The position numbers were made by a program, and so were the translations under genes. A stretch of 63,915 nucleotides of DNA, the filler included, from Octopus bimaculoides (lineage: Eukaryota): assembly GCF_001194135.2 (NCBI RefSeq). It is 4 parts of 4 records of this genome, joined end to end, with 100 filler letters (N's around TTAATTAATTAA, not from the genome) between each part and the next. Parts side by side here need not be neighbours in the genome. Positions count along the whole stretch, not along the records: positions 25,321 to 53,371 come from NC_068983.1; 3 more parts are not named here. One strand, given 5' to 3'. Shown piece by piece: positions 37,216 to 50,519 of this stretch; position 1 is the first letter of the stretch, and each line of letters starts with the position of its first letter. Under the pieces are notes generated by a model that was not told the origin of the DNA, ran no database searches, and was given only the letters and a program-made list of their open reading frames with translations.

Positions 37216-37251
37216 ATAATAACGATAATAATAATAATAATAATAATAATG

Positions 37252-37295
<44 letters not shown>

Positions 37296-38970
37296 CAAGA
37301 AGACCGGTTGTGAAGAGATGGAAAGCTGACATGAGAAACTAAATCAACATTCGAAGAAATTTTATAAATACAAGGTTTGATAAAATACTGACTGCAAAAA
37401 AAGGGAATGGTAGTGTTTACTATACACTTAGTAAGAGCTGCTGTCCAACAGCCACTTTACCGGGATGTAAACAAATCAACACCGGTTGCGAAACGGTGGG
37501 AGGAGACGAACGCAAATAACAAGAGAAACATACATGCTCACATATGTATACAATGGTCTTGCACATTTTTCGTGGCTGCTATAGAAAAGAGACGTGTCCA
37601 ATTGCCATGCGATGGGAATGAACCCGAAAGCACTTGGCTACAAGGTAGCTATCTTATCCACACGATCATGACCGAGCGTATAATATTCTGCTACGCGATG
37701 CTTATCATTAACATTACGCAAGAATAAACCGCGCAACAAAACCTTATGATTTGCGGACTATGTTGTGTCTGATTCTATGGTTAGTTCTCTTGGAAATGGT
37801 TCCTGTTTTATTTCTCGTAAGAAAACATGAATTTCACTGTTAATGTCTTTTACGAGTGTATAAGCCATCATAAACACAATGAAGAAGCTGCAACCGAATA
37901 TGGAAAACTAGTCACGCAGTCAGTCTACTGGGAGGCTACCTTTAAACCTATTGCAGACAATTTCATTAACATACTGGAAATACTTTATTCAGTCGTGCTC
38001 CTCTTATAAAAAAAGAAGTAAAAAAAAGGCCGTCTTATATTTAATAAGGATATTTCTGTTGCAATTTACTATCACTCTCCTATCAAATTACAAGTGATTT
38101 CATTTTGATATACTTTGATACTAAGAATGCTGAATGCGAATTAATGGAAAGATCAAAAGAAATAAGAAATAATACTATTTTATTTCATTGACTTAATATG
38201 AATGTACTTGAAATATAATGTTATATTATATTATTAGGAAACAATTTTATCGCATTGCACCAAATTTTCAGCGAATGCTTTCAGCGGAATCACGCGTGAA
38301 TGAAAATAAATTGCAGGGGTCATATGACAAAAATAAAGCAAGTATATATGAACAGTTTCGTTGCAGTTTCAATCCCTTATTCCAGCAAATTCATTTCACT
38401 AATGTTGCTAACATTTTTAGATAATAGGTAAATTACTCTCATTCTAAATTATAAGTGAAGTTATAAGCGCAAAGAAAGCGGTGGAAGTTCGACTCAACGA
38501 TAGTATTTGAAAGCATATAAGACGTAAGTTTAACCCTCAAAGTATATCGCAAAAAGTCAAACAGTGGCCTAATTGATTTCAAAATTTGGTACAAGATCTG
38601 AAATTTATGAGGAAGGGGTAAGTTGATTAAATCGACCCCAGTGCCCAACTGGTATATATTTTATCGTCCTAGAAAGAATGAAAGACAAAATCGACTCCGG
38701 GGGCATTTGAATTCAAGACACAAGAAATACTGCTAAGCTTATTGCCCGGGCTAGGTAACGATTCTATCAGCTCACCACCCTACACTGCACTCTGTAGTGA
38801 ATACACTGCTGAACTTGTAATATGTCCAGTTTGTCCGCGTAACTGTTATGCCTTCAAATACAGTTGTGTTGTTAGATTTTCTATCGATGTAGTTAATATC
38901 GTGACTGAGACGTGATCTAAAAAAATTAGTTGAACTCTTGTAAAGATGTCTAACAGTAATTAGTAATGGT

Positions 38971-39690
38971 CTACACAGTACAGTAGGGTCGGTTGGGCAC
39001 CGTCTGTCAGAAAAGCAGCAACACGACGCAATTCATTCTGCTAGATATTTGAAAGGAACCTGCTCTATTGCTTGGCATTCACGCCAGAAGCTCCAATACA
39101 AACATTTTAGAGTGTTTGGGTGTCAATCTGAGGAAAGTGCAATCTGAGGACATGTACTGAGAGTGATAAAAATCAAACAGCCACTCAACATCATGGTGTT
39201 TGGAGTGATCACGAGTGATGGCGACGTTATACCTGAAATCATCTACCCGCATGTCTTCAGACTCAATACGGAGGCCCAAATCAAGTGCCTGGGGGAGGTA
39301 GTGCTCTCCTGAGTCAAGAAGGTGACTGCTGGAAGACCCTATATCTGGCAACAAGACTCTGCAACATGCCACATAAGCAGAAGATTCCAGTCATGGCTTT
39401 CAGACAATTTCTGCGACCACACCACCCTTAACATCTGGCCACCTAACTCACCACACTATTGGTTATTATGTGTGAGATGCATTTGAGCGAAAGACCAACA
39501 AAACTCCTTGTAACACCAAAGATGAACTGAAGCTAAGGATTATGGCAGCATTCACCCACTTAAACAAGGAGATCGTCAGAAGAGTTACAGGAGATTCCGA
39601 AGTCGTCTGGAGGTCGTGGTTGTAGCCAATGGCGATTTTATTGATTAAATTTACTCTTTAGTATTCCAATATATTTTAGTGTAATTATTG
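38971..39690 (+). mobile_element. maT (DD37D) deletion derivative, second copy
   Basis: Colinear with 20710-21990, including NIMVFGVITSDGDVI, WQQDSATCH and WPPNSPH, and with the same internal deletion. Confidence 0.85.
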
Positions 39691-39718
39691 TACATATATA
39701 CATACACATATACATATT

Positions 39719-39752
<34 letters not shown>

Positions 39753-42700
39753 ATCCAAAAAATGGAGACAAAACACAAGAGAAAAACAACAACGTGAGGA
39801 AGTAGTACATGCAAAGTATTAATAAGACGCTCAGGGAAGAAAAGAAAGTGTGTTTTACGTTTCGAGCGAAGTTCTTCTTTAGAAACAGGACACAGACGAA
39901 TGTCCAAAAGAAAAGGAAGGCAGAGGGAAAAAAATCGCCAATAATCCACAAGTAGTTACATATCTTCTCAGTGCTATTTTAATGTTAAAATATCAATAGT
40001 GTTGCTGGATTGGCAGAATCTATAAAACACCAGTTAAAATGTTTTACAAAATTTGGTAACAGCTCTTAAATTCCAGTTTTTAATTATCTTTCTTTTCCAA
40101 CCTTTCAAAGTTACATATATTAATGCATAAAATATTCTTAGTAATGCATAAATTTTGAGTTCGAAAAAATTAAATGCCGAGAGGTGACGTGGAAACTGAT
40201 ATTGTAGTGGAGTACTTTCATCTGACAGCGAGAATAAGAGATTTGATTTCTCAAATTAAAATATTTTCTGTATTTTATTTGATCTGTTCATTTTTTGCGC
40301 CTACAAAAACGGATTGAAAACTATTTTGTCATTCTCATTTTCGCCTTATGGCATACTAAACTGTCAAAACTTACAACCGAAAACGATGGATATTAGTCGA
40401 CGCATATCAGCGTCCAGATTTTACTGACTGTTTAAGTTAATGCAAATTTTTATCCAAAATTCCTAAAGCCGTTAAGATTATGCGGTGTGAGAGTAAGGCG
40501 GGGTACTGGCAGAATCGATAGCACGTCAGGTAATGCTTTGCGGCATTTCCTACGTCATTACGTTCTGAGTTCAAATTCTGCCGAGGTCGACTTTTCATTC
40601 CATCACTGTCCATATGAAACCGTTTGAGCATTGGCGTCAATTAATCGACTTATTCCCTCATTGGAAATTGCTGGTGGTGTGCTTAAATTTGAAATTAATA
40701 TGTAAAATGACACTAAAATACAAAATCAATATAAAAATATGAAAGCTTTTCATCCAACTCTAATTATCAACTGAATCTCTAAGCAAATTCAAAAGTCTTT
40801 TTTTTCTTTTCAACTTAAAAAAAAAATTACTGTTCTCTCTGATATAATTATCTCTGATTTGTTGATTGTTTTATAATTTGTATTTTAGTTCTCCCTATAT
40901 ATTATCATAAAAAACACTAGCACTTTTTAAAGAAGTAATTAAGCAGAGACAATTCATAGAACGCATAATTATATTCATTAGAAAGGTAGGATAATTGCCA
41001 CGTATCGTGGAAAGTATGTTGAGATATTTCCAACTATTTCTGTAAAATGTTCATTTCCATCTGGTGAGTCTTTCGACTGGTTTGTAAGTCAAACATTCCA
41101 GATTAATCTGTATGATTAATTTTTATTGATTGGTAGATAGCACCGATCAGAAAATTTTTTTTTTTTATGAAAGGATAAAGAGTGCCAGCGGTTTCGTTTA
41201 GGCTCAGAATTTAGGCTAATCTTGGTTGACGAGGCTCATGTCGAAACATTAGAGTCCCAGAATGCAGTGCGCCAGGTAAGAACACATTGTCTTCTTAAAA
41301 GGGAAAAGTTATTCTCCCATGACGTACACGACAGCAGCCACCTCACATTACCTCTGAACCTGCCTTGAAGTGATATGAATAAATATATAAATATTCGTTC
41401 TGCTATGATTAATAAAGGCAGAATCATTATACCAAGACTGCGTGCCATTTCTGGTCGGAAACTAGGAGTGGAAGTTTGAATTTCAATGTTGAATGTTAAA
41501 GAGCATTAGTTGTGTGCTGTAAGGCATTTCGTTCGATGCACTCCCGTTCTTGCAAACTACATTTGTCTCTTAACAGTGATTAATATGTACCTGCATGCAT
41601 GCGTGTGTGTGTGTGGTGGGAGCGGGTCCGCACGCGTGTGTATATCACCTTGAAGCCGTGAGTCTAGAACTCCTCCGCCTTAATAGTTATCCAAACTTCT
41701 GTAGCCGACGTCGTCACTGTATTCCTGGCACAGGAGGCTAAGGATTGCTTCCTCTATGGCATTAGTTGCGTAATTGAGGTGAAATTAAATACAACCTGGA
41801 AATGAAGCTGCAAGCCTCATGTAACTTGAATACGTACTTCACACACTATAATCTAATCAGAATGTTATCTCATGACTACAAATGCAAAAGTTAAGTATAC
41901 ACGCTGGAATGTAGATAATATAACTCACACATTTTATCAACCTCCTCTGTTCAACAGTAACTAGTACACCCAGACCTTCCTTCTAAGAATTTTCCATCTA
42001 CTCATACTTTTTTTTCTGCAGGTGTTGACAGAAATATTTTAAACAGAAATTTAACGGCATGAAAATCACCTGTTTTGTAGAGCCTGCAAATTCACAAACA
42101 CTATCGTTTTCTCCGGACTGACCAAGTAAAAGTATATTGGTTACATTAGAATATAACTAAATAGTGCCAGACATAATATTCTGCACTTAACCATTTTTGC
42201 TATAGAGTATAACAAAATGTTGTTCTCAGACATCTTCACAGCGGTATCTTAATGTTTAAATATCAATGGTATTGGTGGATTGACAAAATTTATAAAACAC
42301 CGAGTAAAATGGATTATAAAATTTAGCAATGGTACTTACATTCCAGTTTTAAATTCTGCAGAGGTTCACTTTCTTTTCCAGCCTTTGAAAGTTCGCTAAA
42401 ATAAATTTAAGTTACGTACAAATCCAATTAAGCGCTTTCGCCAAATTTAAGACCTCGGGCTATGAAAGAACTCATTTATGTACAAAACTCAAATGTGTTG
42501 CATTAGCGCAATCTATAGGGAGTTGGAAAAATCCTCAAATGGTGTACGCTTTGGTTTACGTTTCCTGTAATACTAGTGGAATAGGAATGATAAATTAAAT
42601 AGAGATAAGCAGTGAGGCTGGTCTGTTCTTTCCTTCTTATCCAGTCTACACATAGCTGTTGAAAAGATGAAAGAGGATACGGTGTAGAAGCTACTTTGTT

Positions 42701-43611
42701 GCCGTTTCAATGTAGTCCATCGGGAGAGAGAGAGCGTGGGGTGGAGGAGAGGAAATAGATCCAACTATGTAACTGGAATTAAACTGATTGATCTCCACCC
42801 CTGCCAAGGAAAGAAAGAAAGACTAAATTTTTCCGTGATAGGGTTTGAACTCTGAATACCTGGAATACATGCGATAAAGCACTGCAGGAATTATGCCAAT
42901 TCGCCTCTACTTTAATCTTCCTCTAAAACTGACGTATGCCTACTGCCAAGAGGATTCGATATTTATATATACACACCTTAAAGAACTAGCCGTATATTTA
43001 ATCCGCAGAGGAAATTTATAACTTGGAGCTACAGCAGAAACATATATGTAGATTTTTTTCGCATCTCCCTTTTCTTTTTGAGCTTTACAACATATAATTT
43101 ATGTGTATTGTTATTTTTTTTTAATTCAAGATCTTTATATCATACAAATAAATTATTCGTAAATCCATCTTTCTCCATTTTCGTTATTTCAATATTAATA
43201 ATACTACAATAATCCCTAACATATCGCAGAGACTTTGTCATTGTATGATAGTGATTAACCAGTGGAATTTTTTGTGGGATTCTATAATCCCCATTGTCGA
43301 TCTAACATCCTCGAATTGACTATATATATATANNNNNNNNNNNNNNNNNNNNNNNNNNNNNNNNNNNNNNNNNNNNNNNNNNNNNNNNNNNNNNNNNNNN
43401 NNNNNNNNNNNNNNNNNNNNNNNNNNNNNNNNATATATACATGTCCATAGTAAATATGTAAATATAGCTATGCATATATATGTATACACAGAGGGGTAGA
43501 CAGTGTTAAACAGATAAACGAGAATTCTTAACTGTTTTTGTCCTCTTTCATAACTGGTGATAAATATTCTTTTAACCTCTGTTGCTCTACATCTGTATGT
43601 AACCCTTTGTG

Positions 43612-43740
43612 AATCTCTGAAGAGGCCTAGAGGTTCGGGCATGTAACCCCATTTCAAAATGTCACCCGATAATCACTCCGGAAAGGAATATTCGGATAGA
43701 ATGGGGTCTGCCAAAACTAGGCCGTAACAGCTGTAAGATT
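43612..43740 (+). ncRNA. Type I hammerhead ribozyme motif with large helix II insertion (one core substitution)
   Basis: AATCT-CTGAAGA(43617-43623)-GGCCTAG...CTAGGCC(43717-43723)-GTAA-CAGCTG-T-A-AGATT. Helix I is 5 bp, helix II closes with 7 bp, and ACAGCTGT is a palindrome. Confidence 0.65.
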
Positions 43741-44286
43741 AAACTTCTGTTCATCCTCTAATTCCTTATGTACTTTGTACTTCTATATGTAAACCATGTT
43801 GGCAAAATAACATAGTCTGCCATGGACACCTGTGCTTTGGTTCTTTCTTTCTTTTTCTTTTTCTTTTCTTCCTCCCTTGGTCACTTTTGCTATGAATTAA
43901 ATTAATGAATTCAACGGGATACACCGTCTGCAAGTAGTTGGGTTAAGCATATTATCCTCCNNNNNNNNNNNNNNNNNNNNNNNNNNNNNNNNNNNNNNNN
44001 NNNNNNNNNNNNNNNNNNNNNNNNNNNNNNNNNNNNNNNNNNNNNNNNNNNNNNNNNNNNNNNNNNNNNNNNNNNNNNNNNNNNNNNNNNNNNNNNNNNN
44101 NNNNNNNNNNNNNNNNNNNNNNNNNNNNNNNNNNNNNNNNNNNNNNNNNNNNNNNNNNNNNNNNNNNNNNNNNNNNNNNNNNNNNNNNNNNNNNNNNNNN
44201 NNNNNNNNNNNNNNNNNNNNNNNNNNNNNNNNNNNNNNNNNNNNNNNNNNNNNNNNNNNNNNNNNNNNNNNNNNNNNNNNNNNNNN

Positions 44287-44340
<54 letters not shown>

Positions 44341-45234
44341 GTGTGTGTGTGTGCGAGCAGTTTGTGGACTCCTTCTGGCTCTTTTTTTTCTCTGAACTTC
44401 TCTTCGATTCTGCACCAATATTTCAAGGTTTCTCTTGCTCTAGAAGTCTGCTCTCACTAAGTATAACACATTTATTCGTAAAAGGTGACGAAGTTTCTTT
44501 TTGAAAAAATTTATACTGCTTTAGAATTACAAAACAAACAAAGTTTATCTTCAGGAAATTTGTCGCTTTATTAATGCTGTCATGGATCTAGTGCAATTTG
44601 TCCTTGAACTTCTAATGGGGTATGGGAAACTTATGTTTTTCCTCTTATGTCGTATCATTTTCTCCCGCACATTTAAGAAAGAGCACGAAGATTGAAACGT
44701 AAAATTATGATAAAAATAATGCTATTCTTGTATTTCAGTTATGCTGCAGTTATGCTTGACGCCCAAAAATATATAACAATTTTCGACTTTGACTTTCTGG
44801 TGACATTCTCAATCTTTAATGATTTCGTACTATAATAATCAAATCGGAAATGTTTGTCTGTGAACTGGTCTTTGCAGACGAATATAGTTCTGTTACACAC
44901 GTGAAGGTATTTTAAAACGTCACATAATACTTCTCAGCTGCTGCCAAGAACGCAGGTCACAAGAACAGCATGAATAATACAGAGATGGAATACTAAACCA
45001 GTAACTGCCCGTGTAAAACAGAAATGTACATATGGACGTACATGTCTGTCATTGTATGTACGTATCCTCTACGCATATGTCTATGTGTGTGCATGCCTGC
45101 GTGTGTTTGTATGTGTATATACGTGTACATACAGACACACACGTACATGTGTTATGTAGTTATTCATATAGACATCTGAATGTACGTTTGAATGGATTTC
45201 TTCATACACACACACACACACACACATTCATATG

Positions 45235-45286
<52 letters not shown>

Positions 45287-45320
45287 TAAAATACAGGGTA
45301 CCAAAAAAATTTTTTAGAAA

Positions 45321-45910
45321 TTTTATTTACCACCAGTGGTCTAGCGAGGGTAAAAAACAGTCAATAGACAATGCATTATTCATTTAAAATACAGAGATGC
45401 CTGTAATAGGACATCTAACCCGCTAGAAATAGCAGCAAGACTACATACCACAAAAAGTAGGGATAATTTCGAAAGGGAATGAAAAATAAAAACATTTACC
45501 AATCTATATTCTGTACCATGGTTTCAAGCCAATTTTAGTAAGATAAAAATTATATACCTCACAAAGGTCGGACTATCATCGGCAGAATGACCAGATAACA
45601 TTCGAGATACGAGTCAAATAGAGAGCATGGTTCGTATTCGAATATCTAATTTTCCAAATTTACCGCGTATTTGCGGTTTACCTATTCGGCAGTAAATAGA
45701 CAAATGCCGATTTTCAATCAGAAATTAGCCCAGAAAATTTTTTATCATTATTAATAAAATACAGGGTAGCATACTTTTTGTGGTATGTAGTCTTGCTGCT
45801 ATTTCTAGCGAGTTAGATGCCCTATTACAGGCATCTCTGTATTTTAAATGAATAATACATAGTCTATTAACTGTTTTTTACCCTCGCTAGACCACTGGTG
45901 GTAAATAAAA
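45321..45910. repeat. Foldback element, arms of about 139 bp (45321-45459 and 45772-45910)
   Basis: TTTTATTTACCACCAGTGGTCTAGCGAGGGTAAAAAACAG..GCTAGAAATAGCAGCAAGACTACATACCACAAAAAGTA and its near-perfect reverse complement. Confidence 0.85.
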
Positions 45911-46305
45911 NNNNNNNNNNNNNNNNNNNNNNNNNNNNNNNNNNNNNNNNNNNNNNNNNNNNNNNNNNNNNNNNNNNNNNNNNNNNNNNNNNNNNNNNNN
46001 NNNNNNNNNNNNNNNNNNNNNNNNNNNNNNNNNNNNNNNNNNNNNNNNNNNNNNNNNNNNNNNNNNNNNNNNNNNNNNNNNNNNNNNNNNNNNNNNNNNN
46101 NNNNNNNNNNNNNNNNNNNNNNNNNNNNNNNNNNNNNNNNNNNNNNNNNNNNNNNNNNNNNNNNNNNNNNNNNNNNNNNNNNNNNNNNNNNNNNNNNNNN
46201 NNNNNNNNNNNNNNNNNNNNNNNNNNNNNNNNNNNNNNNNNNNNNNNNNNNNNNNNNNNNNNNNNNNNNNNNNNNNNNNNNNNNNNNNNNNNNNNNNNNN
46301 NNNNN

Positions 46306-46370
<65 letters not shown>

Positions 46371-46874
46371 AGATAGATACGTACATATAGATAGATAGAT
46401 AGATAGATAGATAGGTACATATGTATTCATATACATAAATTCACACACACATACATGCTTATACGTAAACTCACATTGACGCACTAGCCTGAATATGAGC
46501 GTATAATATTCAATGTCACTTTAGTGAGAATGCATACGGTAGAAATGCCCTTTTATCTCTAGATAAATTACTGTTTGCAGTAAAGTGGTATGTTGTAATA
46601 TTTTAGACAGCGATTCTTCTAATGGTCCGCATTAATGTTTGAGACTTTCTGTCTTGCAACAATCAAATAAAATACAATTCTTTATGAAACCATACTTCAT
46701 AATTTATATGATATGTGCAATGGCTGATTGACTGAAAGCTATTTCTGACGCTCGCCTACAATTTGAATACTCAATAATGGCGAGCGACGAGAGATTGGTA
46801 ATTTCATACAGAAAATATATATCCTCGTAAATAACTACCTCACAGATAGGCATAATTCATATACAAATACACAC

Positions 46875-46914
<40 letters not shown>

Positions 46915-46984
46915 TATATACATATATATATATATACATATACATATATATATATATATACATGTACATATATATACATGTATA

Positions 46985-47020
<36 letters not shown>

Positions 47021-47727
47021 NNNNNNNNNNNNNNNNNNNNNNNNNNNNNNNNNNNNNNNNNNNNNNNNNNNNNNNNNNNNNNNNNNNNNNNNNNNNNNNN
47101 NNNNNNNNNNNNNNNNNNNNNNNNNNNNNNNNNNNNNNNNNNNNNNNNNNNNNNNNNNNNNNNNNNNNNNNNNNNNNNNNNNNNNNNNNNNNNNNNNNNN
47201 NNNNNNNNNNNNNNNNNNNNNNNNNNNNNNNNNNNNNNNNNNNNNNNNNNNNNNNNNNNNNNNNNNNNNNNNNNNNNNNNNNNNNNNNNNNNNNNNNNNN
47301 NNNNNNNNNNNNNNNNNNNNNNNNNNNNNNNNNNNNNNNNNNNNNNNNNNNNNNNNNNNNNNNNNNNNNNNNNNNNNNNNNNNNNNNNNNNNNNNNNNNN
47401 NNNNNNNNNNNNNNNNNNNNNNNNNNNNNNNNNNNNNNNNNNNNNNNNNNNNNNNNNNNNNNNNNNNNNNNNNNNNNNNNNNNNNNNNNNNNNNNNNNNN
47501 NNNNNNNNNNNNNNNNNNNNNNNNNNNNNNNNNNNNNNNNNNNNNNNNNNNNNNNNNNNNNNNNNNNNNNNNNNNNNNNNNNNNNNNNNNNNNNNNNNNN
47601 NNNNNNNNNNNNNNNNNNNNNNNNNNNNNNNNNNNNNNNNNNNNNNNNNNNNNNNNNNNNNNNNNNNNNNNNNNNNNNNNNNNNNNNNNNNNNNNNNNNN
47701 NNNNNNNNNNNNNNNNNNNNNNNTATA

Positions 47728-47782
<55 letters not shown>

Positions 47783-48659
47783 TTATTTATTTATTTATGT
47801 GTTTCAGCCAAGCGGCTGCGGTCATATATAATCCTTTTATAATTATATGTATATACATACGTGTGTTTGTGCATGTATATATACATACACACATATACTT
47901 ATATATATATACACATACACGCGCGCATATGTGTGTGTGCGTGTGTGTATGTCTGTGCTTTTGCTCTGAGGCTGACGTGAGTGAATATGTCTACTATTTT
48001 TTTCATATCTATTTCCAGCATTTCTGTTTTCTCTCTTTTTTTTTCTTTACAGAAGCGAAAGATTTATATGCAATTTGTGGCCAATAAACATTAGTATTTC
48101 ATACTATGTCATTCATTTAATCGGCTACTTAACTATACACGTCTGATGACTAGATGTTAGCGTATAGAAAACACCTGCCTCCAAAAACTGCAACAAAATC
48201 TAAAACAAATGAATATATTCTTTGAAGACTCAACCGCTCAAATACTTCCTGTAATCTGTTATATTTGAACTTCGGGTTATTTCATAGTGTCTTTCTGCCA
48301 GACAGTGCGAACAACTAAGATTATTAATCGGAAACATATGCATACGTTTTTACATCATTCTATATGCGTTTGTTCTGTTCGCTATTGTTGTTGTTGCGGG
48401 TATTTAGCTGCAGATCAGTACCGATCGTGTAGTCCGATGGTCGTAAGCAATCAACCAACTACCATCGTTTTTTGTTTTGTGTTTTCATTTTTTTTCAATA
48501 ATTCATTCACGTCTACGCTATGTTCTGCCTCTTTTCAAAACACATACAATTGGTTGGAAGTTGATGTGGACGTTATATTCCGCAGTGCAAGATATTACGT
48601 AGAGGTCGATAGACTGTTACGTGATATAATATTATTATGCTATACTTTAGTGAGTTCTA

Positions 48660-49130
48660 CGGCGGGTGGGGGTACACAAAAGAAACCGGAATTTTGGAAT
48701 GCTATTTTATTCACTTACTCTTCTTACATGTTTACACTTTTATCACCTTCGAAGTATTTTTCATTTGGTGCAATGCATCGGTCCAGGAGTATTTTACGCT
48801 GTTCAAAGCAGTCCTGGAACTCTTGCGAAGTGATGCCTTTTAATGCTTCCGTTTTTTCCCTTCTTCCACATCTGCAAATTCCGTAGCACCAGTCATACCC
48901 TTCGAAAAATGGTCTGGATCAATTCCCAGCTCTTCTTTCAGTTCATGACACGTATTCAGTCGTGACTTCTTTTGATCTTCCGTGAGCAAGCGAGGCCCAG
49001 ATTTGGATGCAACTCTTTTTATGCGAAATTACTCGCTTAAAATTCGTTGGCAGGAGCTCTAGGACACAACAGTCATGTCAACAAGTTCGTCAATTGTTCA
49101 GTGATGGTCCTCCAATAACATTCCATTAAA
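48660..49130 (-). mobile_element. mariner deletion derivative
   Basis: Minus strand: RVASKSGPRLLTEDQKKSRLNTC..EALKGITSQEFQDCFEQ..DRCIAPNEKYFEGDK, then a TIR-like end near 48660. Confidence 0.75.
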
Positions 49131-49358
49131 TTTTCATGATTCTTTCATTCGTTCGGGAACTAACCCTGTTAATGCCGGTATCAACAAAGTTTTTAATACC
49201 ATTTTGACACATTGGGTATGGCTACCTGACGTCAGCCACGGTTTTAGTACAATTATCACTGAATCTACTTCGGGAATTTCTCGGTGCACGTTGAGTATAT
49301 AACAGATGAAAGAGACATATATTCCATTTTCCGTCTCTATCATTTGTTGTATATATAC

Positions 49359-49416
<58 letters not shown>

Positions 49417-49438
49417 ATGTGTGTGTGTGTGCGTGTGT

Positions 49439-49479
<41 letters not shown>

Positions 49480-49494
49480 TGTGTTGTATAGAGG

Positions 49495-49720
49495 TAAATG
49501 CAAGGCAAATCACAAGCAAACAAAAATATGAATTAATGTAGACTTACCTTACGTTCAATATTTCGGGGTTATGACCCTATTTTCAAGAAATTAACTCATA
49601 TTGCCGATATGCGTGTGTTTGAACGACTTTAAAATGGGGTCATGACCCTCGAAACACTGAATGAAAAGTCAGTCTACATTAATTCATATATTTGTTTTCT
49701 TGTGATTTGTCTTGCATTTA
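49495..49720. repeat. Foldback/MITE-like inverted repeat, arms of about 93 bp
   Basis: TAAATGCAAGGCAAATCACAAG..ATGAATTAATGTAGACT..ATGACCCTATTTT versus its reverse complement at 49627-49720. Confidence 0.8.
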
Positions 49721-49809
49721 GTTCGTATTGTTCTGGCCTTCCCCACGATCCGTCATACAATATATTTCTACACAATGCTTCATAATAATTATTCCATATA
49801 TATATGGTG

Positions 49810-50430
49810 ATATGTTAGGTAGTTTTCAGACATTAGCGTCTCCTTCTAGCAAGCAGTTGGACTCATATACGTACGTGTCACCTTTGATATATATTTTTAT
49901 ATATCTATTTTTAAATTGATTAATTTTACCTTAACTGGTTGATTGCATGCTAGGTACTTGATAAAATCTAACGTAGATTTTATCTTCAATTTTGTTTTAT
50001 AAAGAATATATATTTTTAATATATCATTTCACCCAAACCAAAATTATTCACTGCTGAATTATATGGTTATTAACACGTGGTCGAATTAAACGATACTAGA
50101 TTTTTGAATTTTTATTTTGTATATAAATACGAATGACGTATCCACGGTGCGGAGCCTTTTCTGTTCCACAGGTATGTATTTTGTTCGTGGTTATGTGCAC
50201 TGACCTGGTTATATTATACTGATGATAGAATCCGGGATTGTCCCTTAATCTTGAAATCAATTCATATGTAATAGAACCGTTACATGAATCTATTTCATTT
50301 ATTTGCACGGGTGCGACGCGTGTTATTTTTAGGGTTATATGTTAGGGAGTTTTCAGACATTAGCGTCTCCTTCTAGCAAGTAGTTGGACTCGCATACGTA
50401 CGTGTTCATCCCTGATATACATTTTTATAT
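49810..50430 (+). repeat. About 95-bp direct repeat pair, 527 bp apart
   Basis: ATATGTTAGG.AGTTTTCAGACATTAGCGTCTCCTTCTAGCAAG.AGTTGGACTC..ATACGTACGTGT at about 49810 and 50337. Confidence 0.8.
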
Positions 50431-50453
50431 ATAAATATATGTATACACACACA

Positions 50454-50519
<66 letters not shown>

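Noticed and set aside
48144-48180. CTGATGA...TAGAAAAC hammerhead-like motif
   Set aside because: No convincing helix II closure, helix III palindrome or helix I.
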